From Octopus sinensis (Eukaryota): a stretch of DNA of 64,000 nt. Under the pieces are notes generated by a model. That model saw only the letters and a program-made list of their open reading frames with translations. It was not told the origin of the DNA and did no database searches. The stretch spans positions 23,188,001 to 23,252,000 of the forward strand of contig NC_043018.1 in assembly GCF_006345805.1 (NCBI RefSeq), given 5' to 3'. Shown here in pieces: positions 23,864 to 35,261 of the stretch; position 1 is the first letter of the stretch, and every line of letters begins with the position of its first letter. Both the position numbers and the translations under genes were made by a program.

Positions 23864-24217
23864 CTAAACGTTTTCAAATCAAATGACACACACATACACA
23901 AATAATCTGTGTGTATGCGTCAGTAATTCGATTTCAGCACATTTGGGTGTATAAATGACTGTGCATGTGAATCAGTGAAGATGCGTGATGTGGTTGTTTT
24001 GGGGGGCGTTGAGCTCCCCATTGTACGTTCATGTTCTAGTCCGCGCAAAACATGCCGTTGAGCAAGGCTCTTTATTACACGTTGCTGGAATGACACGCAC
24101 ACGAACCCATCACTGGTGCATTCCTCTCTTTCTTTAGCTGTCAGATCCTCTGTATTCAGCTGAGTCAGGAGTGGGATAGCCGAGAGTGCCTGTATCAGCT
24201 TGTGACGACATAGGCAC
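23864..24217 (-). other. Candidate exon of unknown transcript
   Basis: Minus-strand acceptor tttttgataataattttag|G at 24217 and donor AG|gtaagt at 23864; non-repetitive sequence with one ~99-codon open frame; no recognised homology. Confidence 0.3.
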
Positions 24218-24380
24218 CTAAAATTATTATCAAAAAGTATAGTGCATGCATGGAAGTGATGGCTATGTCCCCCCCCCTCTCTAAATTGCAAACCCACCTG
24301 GGCATCCTAAATCCCTCGCCATTTTCCCTCCTACTGCTCTTCTTGATTTATCTTTTATTTTTTTTTTCTATAATTTTATT

Positions 24381-24408
24381 CTGATGAAGGATTATTGTCT
24401 GAAACGTC
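24381..24408 (+). ncRNA. Hammerhead core remnant (PLE terminal-repeat type)
   Basis: CUGAUGA-A-GGA(uuauug)UCU-GAAAC-GUC; stem I not paired. Confidence 0.4.
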
Positions 24409-24464
24409 TTGACTCCCCTTTAAGCATTAAACTGATAAAATATCTGTTAAAACTTGTACCTCAT

Positions 24465-24600
24465 GTGTTATATATTTCTTTACTACCCACAAGGGGCTAA
24501 ACATAGAGGGGACAAACAAGGACAGACAAAGGGATTAAGTCGATTACATCGACCCCAGTGCGAAATTGGTACTTTATTTATCGACCCCGAAAGGATGTGT
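24465..24600 (-). mobile_element. SINE family C, 5'-truncated
   Basis: tttctttactacccacaaggggctaaac...gaccccgaaaggatg. Confidence 0.8.
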
Positions 24601-25016
24601 TATATTGCTTTCATTGTGTGTGTGCGTGGTGGTTGTCGACTTACTATCAAGCACGGCCATCGTTTATGCTTCCCCTTTCCTTTTAGAAGGTAGTACCTTC
24701 GTGTTACGGCGATCCTGCAATGGTGACATTTAACAAAACGATATAGCAATACAAAAGCTCCACTTTCTAGACACTAACAGTACTGGAATAAAGGGGTGCA
24801 GCAACACACGTGAGCAGAAGATCGCAATGGCTCCTGCTTATGTTGCACATTTCCTTGTGTGCCCTAGTGTGTGAGTGTTTGTACAAAGAATTGCCGTATA
24901 TTTAAGTGGATAGAACTTGCAAAAGAGTGGGGAACCAAAGATGACATGTGATGAAGGCTGTCCTCAAGAAGCTGAATCTAGAGAGAGAGAGAGAGAGAGA
25001 TTCAGCTTCTCATTCT

Positions 25017-25416
25017 TACTCTTTTACTTGTTTCAGTCATTTGACTGCGGCCATGCTGGAGCACCGCCTTTAATCGAGCAAATAAACCCCGGGACTTATT
25101 CTTTTGTAAGCCCAGTACTTATTCTATCGGTCTCTTTTGCCGAACCGCTAAGTAACGGACATAAACACACCAGCATCGGTTGTCAAGCAATGCTAGGGGG
25201 ACAAACACAGACACGCAAACACACACACGCATATACATATATATACATATATACGACGGGCTTCTTTCAGTTTCCATCTACCAAATCCACTCACAAGGCT
25301 TTGTTCGGCCCAAGGCTATAGCAGAAGACACTTGCCCAAGGTGCCACGCAGTGGGACTGAACCCGGAACCATGTGGTTGGTTAGCAAGCTACTTACCACA
25401 CAGCCACCCCTGCGCC
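25017..25416 (-). mobile_element. SINE family A, full length
   Basis: Complete reverse-complement copy. Confidence 0.9.
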
Positions 25417-26120
25417 TTCTGGACTCTTTCCTCTACAACTGTAATGAGATGGTACCAGAACTCCATATTCAGTACCTTCTGCTGATTCCTGCTACCACTA
25501 TAAACCCCCTCTCCCCACTCTTTGTGATCCTTAGATGACATTCACCACTCTCACCATCACCCATTGCTTGCTTGCTATCATTTGCTCTTTGCTACCAGGA
25601 CATGTTTTTATCACTTTCCCATCATGCTGTTTTCCATTCAACCTCCTTACCAACAACCAGCATGTAGCCCCATTACTGTCTCTTTCCCTGTTTCTTCATC
25701 CCCTGCCATCCTGTCGCTCTCATGTTCTCTTGCCTTTGTTTATTATTTTGGTCATATTTGCCTTTGAAACATAGGAACCCAGTTGTGTTCATGTCACATG
25801 GAACTTATCTTGTTTTAGGAATTTAAGCACTGCCTCCTCACTGACGCTGTTCAGTATTTCCTCTGACTAGCTTTTTCTCTTTGCCCTCCACACACACATA
25901 CATTGGCAGCTCTTTTTGAGCAGGCCTATAATCGATGTTCCTGGCATGATCATCATACTCATTCACCCCACCCCTGCCAGGTACAATCTGTGGAGGACTA
26001 TGTTATTCAGTGTGCTTTTCCTTTCTATATGGCAAAGGAGAATGCTTTCTTGTTGGCTCTTGCATACACACACACACACACATAAATGTTTATGTTTGTA
26101 CTTTTATATATGCATATATT

Positions 26121-26182
<62 letters not shown>

Positions 26183-26199
26183 ATCTATATATATATATA

Positions 26200-26585
26200 T
26201 GGTGGCACGTGGCACACAAGAAAACCATCCGAACGTGGCCGTAGCCAGTACCGCATCGACTGGCCTCCGTGCTGTGGGCACGTAACAAACACCATCCGAT
26301 CGTGGCCGTTTGCCAGCCTCATCTGGCACCTGTGTCGGTGGCACATAAAAACACCATCCGAGCGTGGCCGTCTGCCAGCCTCGTCTGGCACCTGTGTCGG
26401 TGGCACATAAAATCACCCACTACACTCTCGGAGTGGTTGGCGTTAGGAAGGGCATCCAGCTGTAGAAACACTGCCAGATCTGACTGGACTGGTGCAGCTT
26501 TCGGGCTCCCCAGACCCCAGTTGAACCGTCCAACCCATGCTAGCATGGAAAGCGGACGTTAAATGATGATGATGATGATGATGAT
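26200..26585 (+). mobile_element. Family B copy in (TA)n
   Basis: Tandem ~60-bp units, core and (GAT)n tail. Confidence 0.9.
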
Positions 26586-26907
26586 ATATTTTAGAAGAAA
26601 TGAGGTACTCAGAAATCTGGATATATTTATCTGAGTACCTCATTTCTTCTAATATATAATACCTGTACATCATCTCCAAACCTAATATATATATATATAT
26701 ATATAACCTATATATATATATATCTAATATAGGATAAAATTTTTCGAAAAAAATCCTATCAATGGCCAGCATATTAAAAAATACCTTTAAAGGTTAAATT
26801 TATAAACAATGTTTATATATGTTCATATGTATATATATATATATATGACAAGTTTTCTACAGCTGGATGTCCTTCATGCCACCAATTCCCACCTGTTGCC
26901 ATATGTA

Positions 26908-26941
<34 letters not shown>

Positions 26942-26948
26942 CACATAC

Positions 26949-27292
26949 AGGTGCAGGAGTGGTTCTGGGTTCGGTCCCACTGCATGGCATCTTGGGCAAG
27001 TGTCTTCTGCTATAGCCTTGGGCCGACCAATGCCTTGTGAGTGGATTTGGTAGACGGAAACTGAAAGAAGCCTGTCGTATATATGTATGTTTGTGTGTCT
27101 GTGTTTGTCCCTCTAGCATTGCTTGACAACCGATGCTGGTGTGTTTATGTCTCCGTCACTTAGCAGTTCGGCAAAAGAGACTGATAGAATAAGTACTGGG
27201 CTTACAAAGAGTAAGTCCCGGGGTCGATTTGCTCGACTAAAGGCGGTGCTCCAGCATGGCAGCAGTCAAATGACTGAAACAAGTAAAAGAGA
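26949..27292 (+). mobile_element. SINE family A with head deletion
   Basis: ggtgcaggagtggttctgggttcggtccc ... gtaaaagag. Confidence 0.85.
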
Positions 27293-27294
27293 AA

Positions 27295-27331
<37 letters not shown>

Positions 27332-27389
27332 TATATACATACATACACACACTTAGTTTGCTTCTAGAGTTGCTATGAATGTGGATAAA

Positions 27390-27750
27390 AATCCAAATTG
27401 AGGAAATGGAGTAGATAAAAGCCAAGCTACATATGTCTCCTGGCTAGAAGAACCTTGGAAGTAATAATTACCCACCAAGGGCTACTCAATACTCATCAGG
27501 CTGAAGATACCCTAGTTAAATAAAGGTTATACTGTCATCAAGGGATCCCAATACATTATTCAATGTATTCTTCTGCGAGTTAACTTAGGATCCCTTGATG
27601 ACAATGCTGCCTTCATTTAACTAAGGTATCTTCAGCCAGATGAGTAGCTTGTGGGGTACCCCTCGTTGAGTAATTATTACTTTAGAGGTCCTGCTAGCTA
27701 GGAAACCTTTGTAGCCTGGATTTTACCTGCTCTATTCCCTTAATTTTGAA
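27390..27750. mobile_element. Degenerate fold-back MITE
   Basis: About 160-bp imperfect inverted arms (e.g. gtcatcaagggatcc / ggatcccttgatgac) around a ~40-bp spacer. Confidence 0.7.
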
Positions 27751-27959
27751 TGTCATTTGAGCACACAGTGACCCTAGGTACTAACCATCAACTATAAAAT
27801 GACATTTTTCAGCTTATCAAACTTCAATATGGGGGAAAACCTGCAATCTTCTACGCCAGTAAACTATATTTGTTCCTGAAAGTTGTTTTTTATACCTACT
27901 GTGAACTGCTTGAAACTTACTAGCTTCCTACACCTAGATCCTTGGATCTTAAAATTATA

Positions 27960-28375
27960 TATCATCATCATCATCATCGTTTAACGTCCGTTTTCCGCGC
28001 TAGCACGGGTTGGTCGGTTCGACCGGGGTCTGGGAAGCCAGGGGCTGCACCAGGCTCCAGTCTGATCTGGCAGAGTTTCTACAGCTGGATGCCCTTCCTA
28101 ACGCCAACCACTCTGCGAGTGTAGTGGGTGCTTTTTACGTGCCACCTGCACAGGTGCCAGGGGAGTCCGGCATCGGCCACGGTTGGTTGGTGTTTTTAAC
28201 GTGCCACCGGCACGGAAGCCAGCCAAGGCGGCGCTGGCATCGGCCACGTTCGGATGGTGCTTTTTATGTGCCACCGGCACAGAAGCCAGTCGAGGCGGCG
28301 CTGGCAACGGCCATGTTCGGATGGTGGTTTTTATGTGCCACCGGCACAGGTATCACAACTACTATTTCCATTGAT
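27960..28375 (-). mobile_element. Family B copy
   Basis: Tail abuts tatat; internal tandem units present. Confidence 0.9.
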
Positions 28376-29351
28376 ATTTATTTCTATGTTCTATGTGTGT
28401 GTATTGTTTACATCATAAGAAGTAAACATACATTTATGATAAACCTACAAATTTATTCTCACTGTGAAGCCTTTGTGATTACACCACAGTTCTATCTCTG
28501 TGGACAGAAAAATCACGTTGATTTCATCTGCCTGGTTTCTAGTCTTCCTAGGCCTTCATGAGAGGAATATTGCTAATCTTCTGCTCAGAGAGAGGTTATT
28601 ATTAGAATATTATAGTTATCGATTTATTATTATCTTCTGTCTTTCACTTGTTTCAGTCATTGGACTGTGCCCATGCTGGAGCACAGTCTTGCAGGATGTC
28701 AGTCAAACAAATTGACCACAGTTCTTAAATCTATTATTTACTTTTATTGGTATCTTTTTCCGAACTGCTAAGTTATGTGGACATAAACAAACCAACACTG
28801 GCTGTCAAGCAGTGATGGGTGACAAATACACACATGTGCATATGCACACACACGAATGTGTGTGTGTGTATTTTATTTGTGGATTAAAGCTACCATTAGT
28901 TTCATGCTAAGGAAGCCCTTAACAGTGATAAGCTTGATAATAAAGGATTCCTGAATATGATAGCAATGTTAGCCTCAATCCTCAAATAAAGAATCTTAAT
29001 CCCCCAATCTGCTTTTGAGCACTCATTCTCATTGTTCAGTAATTTACGTGTGTGTGTGTGTGTGTAGCCTGGTGCAGCCTTCTGGCTCACCAGTCCCCAG
29101 TCAAACCATCTAACCCATGCCAGCACGGAAAGCGGATGTTAAACGATGATGATGATGATGATATGGTGAATTTCCATAGATTCCATCAACCAAATTCAGT
29201 CATAAGGCATTGGTCATCCCAGGGCTATAGTAAAAGACGCTTGCCCAAGGTGCTGTGCATTGGGACTGAACTCAAAACTGCATGGCTGCTAAGTGAGCTC
29301 CTTAACCACACTGCTGTGACTGTACCCGTACATTATTATAGTTACTCACAT

Positions 29352-29723
29352 AGGCGCAGGAGTGGCTGTGTGGTAAGTTGCTTGCTAACCAACCACATGG
29401 TTCCGGGTTCAGTCCCACTGCGTGGCATCTTGGGCAAGTGTCTTCTGCTATAGCCCCGGGCTGACCAATGCCTTGTGAGTGGATTTGGTAGACGGAAACT
29501 GAAAGAAGCCTGTCGTATATATGTATATATATATATATGTGTGTGTGCGTATGTGTTTGTGTGCCTGTGTTTGTCCCCCTAGCATTGCTTGACAACCGAT
29601 GCTGGTGTGTTTACGTCCCCGTCACTTAGCGGTTCGGCAAAAGAGACCGATAGAATAAGTACTAAAAGGCGGTGCTCCAGCATGGCCGCAGTCTAATGAC
29701 TGAAACAAGTAAAAGAGTAAAGA
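29352..29723 (+). mobile_element. SINE family A
   Basis: Head to tail, with a small tail deletion. Confidence 0.9.
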
Positions 29724-30390
29724 GTTTCTTGCATCACAGCACATGCGCTGACAGCGTAGTAAATCATTCATGCAACATTTTACATGAATTTTTTTCTCTA
29801 CCCCTGGAGAGATAAGATCTGCTTTTAGCTGCTTTGTTTACTTTTCACAGTTTCAGTCATTGGACTATGGCCATGCTGGAGCACCATCCTGTAGGATTTA
29901 GTCAAACAACTCAAACTTCAGTACTTCTTTTTTTAAGTCTGCTACTTATTCTATCAGTTTCTTTTTTCCAAACTGCTAAGTCTAGGACATGTATATAACC
30001 CAACACAGGTTATCATGCTTTGGTGTTGAATATAAGGACACACACACACGTGTGTGTGTGTGTATATGTATGTATATATTATGTATATATTATTGTATGT
30101 ATATGTATGTATATATTATTGTTATATTTCAGGATGATCAGTTTTTTTTCTCTTCTGCTGTATATTCATACATCATCATCGTTTAACGTCCGCTTTCCAT
30201 GCTAGCATGGGTTGGATGGTTCAACTGGAGTCTGGGAAGCCAGAAGGCTGCACCAGGCTCCAGTCTGATCTGGCAGTGTTTCTACAGCTGGATGCCCTTC
30301 CTAATGCCAACTACTCCGTGAGTGTAGTGGGTGCTTTTTATGTGCCACCGGCATTGTTTATTATTATTCTTATTTTATGCCCGTTGTCTG

Positions 30391-30425
30391 GAAATCTTTC
30401 ATCACCCATCCTGTGACCTCTTCAG
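30391..30425 (-). ncRNA. Hammerhead core in PLE terminal repeat
   Basis: CUGAAGA-G-GUCAC(aggaugg)GUGAU-GAAAG-au-UUC. Confidence 0.5.
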
Positions 30426-31074
30426 CAACTCTCCATCCCACGTCTCCTCCTGTTCTGTTTAGTCCATTCTCTCTCTCTCTCTCTCTTTCTTGCAATGTTG
30501 GCTCTGCAGACCAGTCTTGTTGGTGGTCCTGTCACTGGATCAGTGGTCGTTTTATGATCCTTGCATAGCTCATACAGCGCTGGGATGTCATTATTTGTGG
30601 CCTGGAAGTTGCTGGCCATGCACTTCTTTGCTCCTGGCATGTTTGACCACTTCATGTGAGCATTGAGGATCTTTTCTCTCTCCTCACACTCTTGTACTGT
30701 TGTTTTCCTCATGTTGGGGATTTGGGGTTGCATTGCCTGAATGAAGTTCAGCCGGCTGTCTATCGATGTTCTGCTGGGGAAGCACACAGCTTCCTCCCTT
30801 TTTTTTTTTTTGTGCTATATGAGTTTGTGCAGGCCACTTGCAGATTTCTTATCAAGTTGCTGTGCCTCTCTCCTACTCTTGTCTTCTAGTGTACTGTTTT
30901 TGAGATCTAAGTTTTCTACTAGTCAAGGTAAATTGTGCTTCTATTTCATCATTTGTCTGTTGTGGGTTACAGACTCTTTTGTTAAAAGGAAGGGTTGTTG
31001 GATAAATACGACTCGTATCATACGACTTATCACATAGACTAAACATAACAGGACACACATGGGATGGAGAGATG

Positions 31075-31109
31075 CTGAAGAGGTCACAGGATGTGTGACG
31101 AAAGATTTC
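31075..31109 (+). ncRNA. Hammerhead core in PLE inverted terminal repeat
   Basis: CUGAAGA-G-GUCAC(aggaugu)GUGAC-GAAAG-au-UUC; stem I only 2 bp. Confidence 0.5.
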
Positions 31110-32154
31110 CAGACAAAGGACATAAAATAAGAACAATAATAAGCAAGTGAAGAACGAATATATATATAGTGTGTGTATTTGGCAAAAAAATAAAATGACC
31201 GTCCCAAAATATAACAATACCTGTTTGACACACGATTTCACATCAGGAATCTTGCAAAACAAATCCATAAATGCGTATATAAATTTTTTTCTTTCTTTTT
31301 CTTGTTTTAGTCATTAGACCGCGGTCATGCTGGGGTACCGCCTCGACAAATTTTAGTTGAATGAATCAACCTCAGTACTTTTTTCTTTTTTTTTTCTTTC
31401 TTAAAGCCTGGTATTTATTCTATTAGATTCTTTAGCTGAATCTCTAAGTTACAGGGATGTAGGATACACACACACACTATAGGCTTTTTCAGTTTCCGTC
31501 TACCAAATCCACTCACAAAGAGCTTTGGTCGACCCAAGTCTATAGTAGACAACACTTGTCCAGGCTGCCACAGTGGGACTGAACCTGGAACCATGTTGGG
31601 AAGCAAATTTCTTACTACACAGCCACCCCTGTGCCTGTGTGTGTGTGTGTATATATATATATTCTTTTATACTTGTTTCAGTCGTTTTGACTGTAGCCAG
31701 GCTGGAGAACTGCCCATAGCCAAACAAATTGACCCCATGACTTATTCTTTGTAAGCCTAGTACTTATTTTATTGGTCCCTTTTGCCGAACCGCTAGGTCA
31801 TGGGGACGTAAACACACCAGCATCAGTTGTCAAGCTACGTTGGGGCGTGGGGGGGGGGCAGACACACATATATATACTTTGAGCTTCTTTCAGTTTCTGT
31901 TTACTAAATCTACTCACAAGGCCCGAGGCTATAGCAGAAGACATATACATATATATGTGCGTGTGTGTGTGTGTGTGTGTATATGTATATATATCATCAT
32001 CATCATCATCATTTAACGTCTGCTTTCCATGCTAGCATGGGTTGGACGGTTCAACTGGAGTCTGGGGAGCCCGAAGGCTGCACCAGGCCAGTCAGATCTG
32101 GCAGTGTTTCTACAGCTGGATGCACTTCCTAACACCAACCACTCCTATATATAT

Positions 32155-32317
32155 AGGCGCAGGAGTGGCTGTGTGGTAAGTAGCTTGCTTACCAACCACA
32201 TGATTCCGGGTTCAGTCCCACTGCGTAGCATCTTGGGCAAGTGTCTTTTGCTATAGCCCCGGACCAACCAATGCTTTGTGAGTGGATTTGGTAGACGGAA
32301 ACTGAAAGAAGCCTGTC

Positions 32318-32369
<52 letters not shown>

Positions 32370-32555
32370 TTGTGTGTCAGTGCTTGTCCCCCTAGCATTG
32401 CTGGTGTGTTTACGTCCCCGTCACTTAGCGGTTCGGCAAAAGAGACCGATAGAATAAGTACTAGGCTTACAAAGAATAAGTCCCGGGGTCGATCTGCTCG
32501 ACTGAAGGCAGTGCTCCAGCATGGCCACAGTCAAATGACTGAAACAAGTAAAAAA
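32155..32555 (+). mobile_element. SINE family A, full length
   Basis: Starts after (TA)n; abuts a family B fragment at 31993-32145. Confidence 0.9.
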
Positions 32556-33927
32556 AAAAAATGTATATGATGGGCTTCTACAGAGTTTTTGTCTACTAAA
32601 TTAATTCACAGAGCATCAGTCAGCTTGAGCTAGAGTAGAAGTCACTTGCTCGAGGTGCTGCATAGCGGGACTGAACCCGCAACTGGGGTGTTGCAAGCTG
32701 AGAATTCTTAACCATACAGCCATGTCTGCGCCATCTGAAACCTGCTGCGTAGTGCGCTGTGAATTAACACACATGTGCAATTGTAAGAGGTGACGATGAA
32801 AACGAAGAAACCACGTGTGTGTGTGTGTGTGTGTGTGTTGTGTGTGTGTGTGTTTGACAGATGCAGTAATGTGTGTAGTAGGAGTATCTGATTCAAGATG
32901 AGGCAGACACAGAGAGGCGGATGTACTTTAAATTTTTCTGAAGAAAGCTTGTGTCTCACTTCTTGTCTCAGATGAATGGCGATGGCGATGGTGGCAGCGG
33001 TGGGCCTGCCTAATTGAAACGGTACAACTTCCTTTACATCACAACACTTTCTTCTCCCATGTTTTTCCTTTCCTTTCCTTTTTTGTTCTTTGTGTGTGTG
33101 TGTGTGTGGTGTGTGTGTGTGTGTGTTTTGGCAGTACTCCTTTATTGTGTCAATCTTTGCTCTTCACCTTCCAGGACCGCATAACCGTTTCTAACCCACC
33201 CCGTGTCTTTCCATCCATTCACCTGCAAAATCGGTGTGTGACGAAGCAAGAGGAAGTATCTTTTGTTCTGTTACATTGCGGGTGGGGTGGGGGTGGAGAG
33301 AAGGGGATAGGGATGCCCCTCCTCTTACACCAATCTTGTGTTACAAGAAATCTGTCTTGCCAGCCAGTCAGTCATTCACCTTTCTAGTGCTCTTGCCCTT
33401 TCTTCCCCTCTCCCTTCCCAAATTCCCTGGATTGTGTGTCTCACTTTTCGCTCTTCTCTCTCTCTCTCTCACCTTTTTCTTTTGGTCAAATAAAGCTTTT
33501 TTTTTAAATCTAAGAGAAATATATAAAAATTTATATAAACATATTTCAATGTAAACACTTCATTTGTATGGCTGTAAAGAATGCTTATAAACACACACTC
33601 ACACATACATGCATGCATGCATGCACATGTATATGAAAGTGGATGAAACATACGAGTACTGTGTGTGTGTGTGTGTGTGGGTCTTGTTTCAGTCATTGGA
33701 CAGCAGCCATGCTGGGGATTCACCTTGAAGGGTTCAGATGAACGAATTCGATCCAGTACTTTTTTTTTTTAAAGCTGGGTACTAGGTCTATTGTCCTTTT
33801 TCTTTGCTGATCTGCTAAGTTACAGGGACATGAACAAACAAACACTGGTTTTCAAGCAGTGGTGGGGGATAAACACACACACACATGTATGCAAATATGC
33901 AAATATATATATATAATGTGTGTGTGT

Positions 33928-34215
33928 GGAGGTGCAATGGCCCAGTGGTTAGGGCAGCAGACTCATGGTTGTAGGATCGCGGTTTCAATTCCCAGACTGG
34001 GCATTGCGAGTGCTTATTGAGCGAAAACGCCTAGGCTCCGGCAGGGGGTAGTGGCGATCCTTGCTGTATTCTTTCGCCACAACTTTATCTCTTTCATCTG
34101 TTGGCCTGCTCGCTTAGCCAACGGGGTGGCGTCATTTGAAGGCTAAGACAATGCAAAGCGCATTGTGATCAGTGATGTGTAGCAACATCTGATAGCCTGG
34201 TCGGTCATGGTGATA
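33928..34215 (+). mobile_element. SINE with family D head and alternative tail (D2)
   Basis: Head matches 16458; tail gcaaagcgcattgtgatcagtgatg matches 62580-62880 on the minus strand. Confidence 0.75.
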
Positions 34216-34420
34216 TATATAAAATGGGCTTCTTTCAGTTTGTGTCAACCAAATCCACACACAAAGCTCGGTAGAAGACACTTGCTCAAGGTGCCATGCA
34301 GTAGGACTGAACCCAGAATCTTGTGGTTGAGAAGCAAACTCCTTACCACCCAGCCTTGTCTATGCCTGTACATATACACACAAATATATCTAGCAACAGG
34401 GAGGATGTCTTGAAAACAAT

Positions 34421-34940
34421 TTGCACATGCAAGTGCTGCCAGTTAAAAGCTCCGTATACCGGAAGCTAGCAAGTGTATGGGGTCATCAGGAGAGAATGCG
34501 CACCGTTTCGGGGCCTACCTCTCGACGACATCAATGCGCACCAGCCCCCCTCACTGATATGAGGCCCCGCTTGCTAGATCAGCTGGTTATGAAAAACTCA
34601 ATATATTTCTAGCCATCGCTCATCGTCTCTTTTTAACCAAATCCAGTGGCTAGCCTTCTCCACTGTAGATTGGATATCAGTCATGGTGGTATTGACTTTA
34701 CGATGAGTTAGGCCTAGCGATAACAACAGTCGTCTCACGCTGTGTCCAACAAACCCTCTACATCCGACTTCAATAGGAAAATGTTCTGCTTTCCAGCCTG
34801 CGTCTTCACATTCCTCGAGGAGGTTTTCATAACGGTTCAATTTTCGAGCCCGAGCGGCGTCCATATTATCTTCATGAGGAACCGTTGGCTCGACTATATT
34901 TACAACTTTCTTTCTTTCACACCACATCAAAATATCACTA
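34421..34940 (-). mobile_element. 5'-truncated Hero/R2-group non-LTR retrotransposon: RLE endonuclease domain plus 3' UTR
   Basis: DILMWCERKKVVNIVEPTVPHE...RKLNRYENL...FPIEVGCRGF...EKASHWIWLKR matches the PD-(D/E)xK RLE C-terminus of Hero-like elements. Confidence 0.85.
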
Positions 34941-35261
34941 AATAAGCAATGTGTGAATGATATAGTTGTGTGTTTGTATGTTGTGGGTCTTGTTAATTGG
35001 TACAACTAATTAATCAAGTTTCTCACTAGTATTGTGCCAGCTAAGTCATGAGAAGCCATAACTTAAAAGGTGAGGAGCCAAAAAGCTGACTTGGTGGTGG
35101 TCATATCCTTCTTGGTGGTTTCCATATTCTTTTAAAACTGTTACCTTTTTACTTGCACAGCCTTTGTTCTTTCTTTCTTATTTTGTTGGAGGAATAAAAA
35201 ACAAAAAAACAACCCCCAAAATCTTTGTGGTGGGCTCAGTTGGAGCATTCATAAATATATG

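Larger units (their letters stand above)
30358..31142 (-). mobile_element. Penelope-like element remnant with inverted terminal repeats
   Basis: Minus-strand peptide IPALYELCKDHK...GPPTRLVC (PLE RT PxLYGLxKxHK..PxRP motif); ~105-bp inverted repeats 30358-30463 / 31037-31142. Confidence 0.75.

Noticed and set aside
34480-34550. GAAAC and CUGAUGA motifs in the Hero 3' UTR (minus strand)
   Set aside because: Order and spacing give no valid hammerhead: the would-be stem II strands are both CCCC and only 16 nt separate the motifs.
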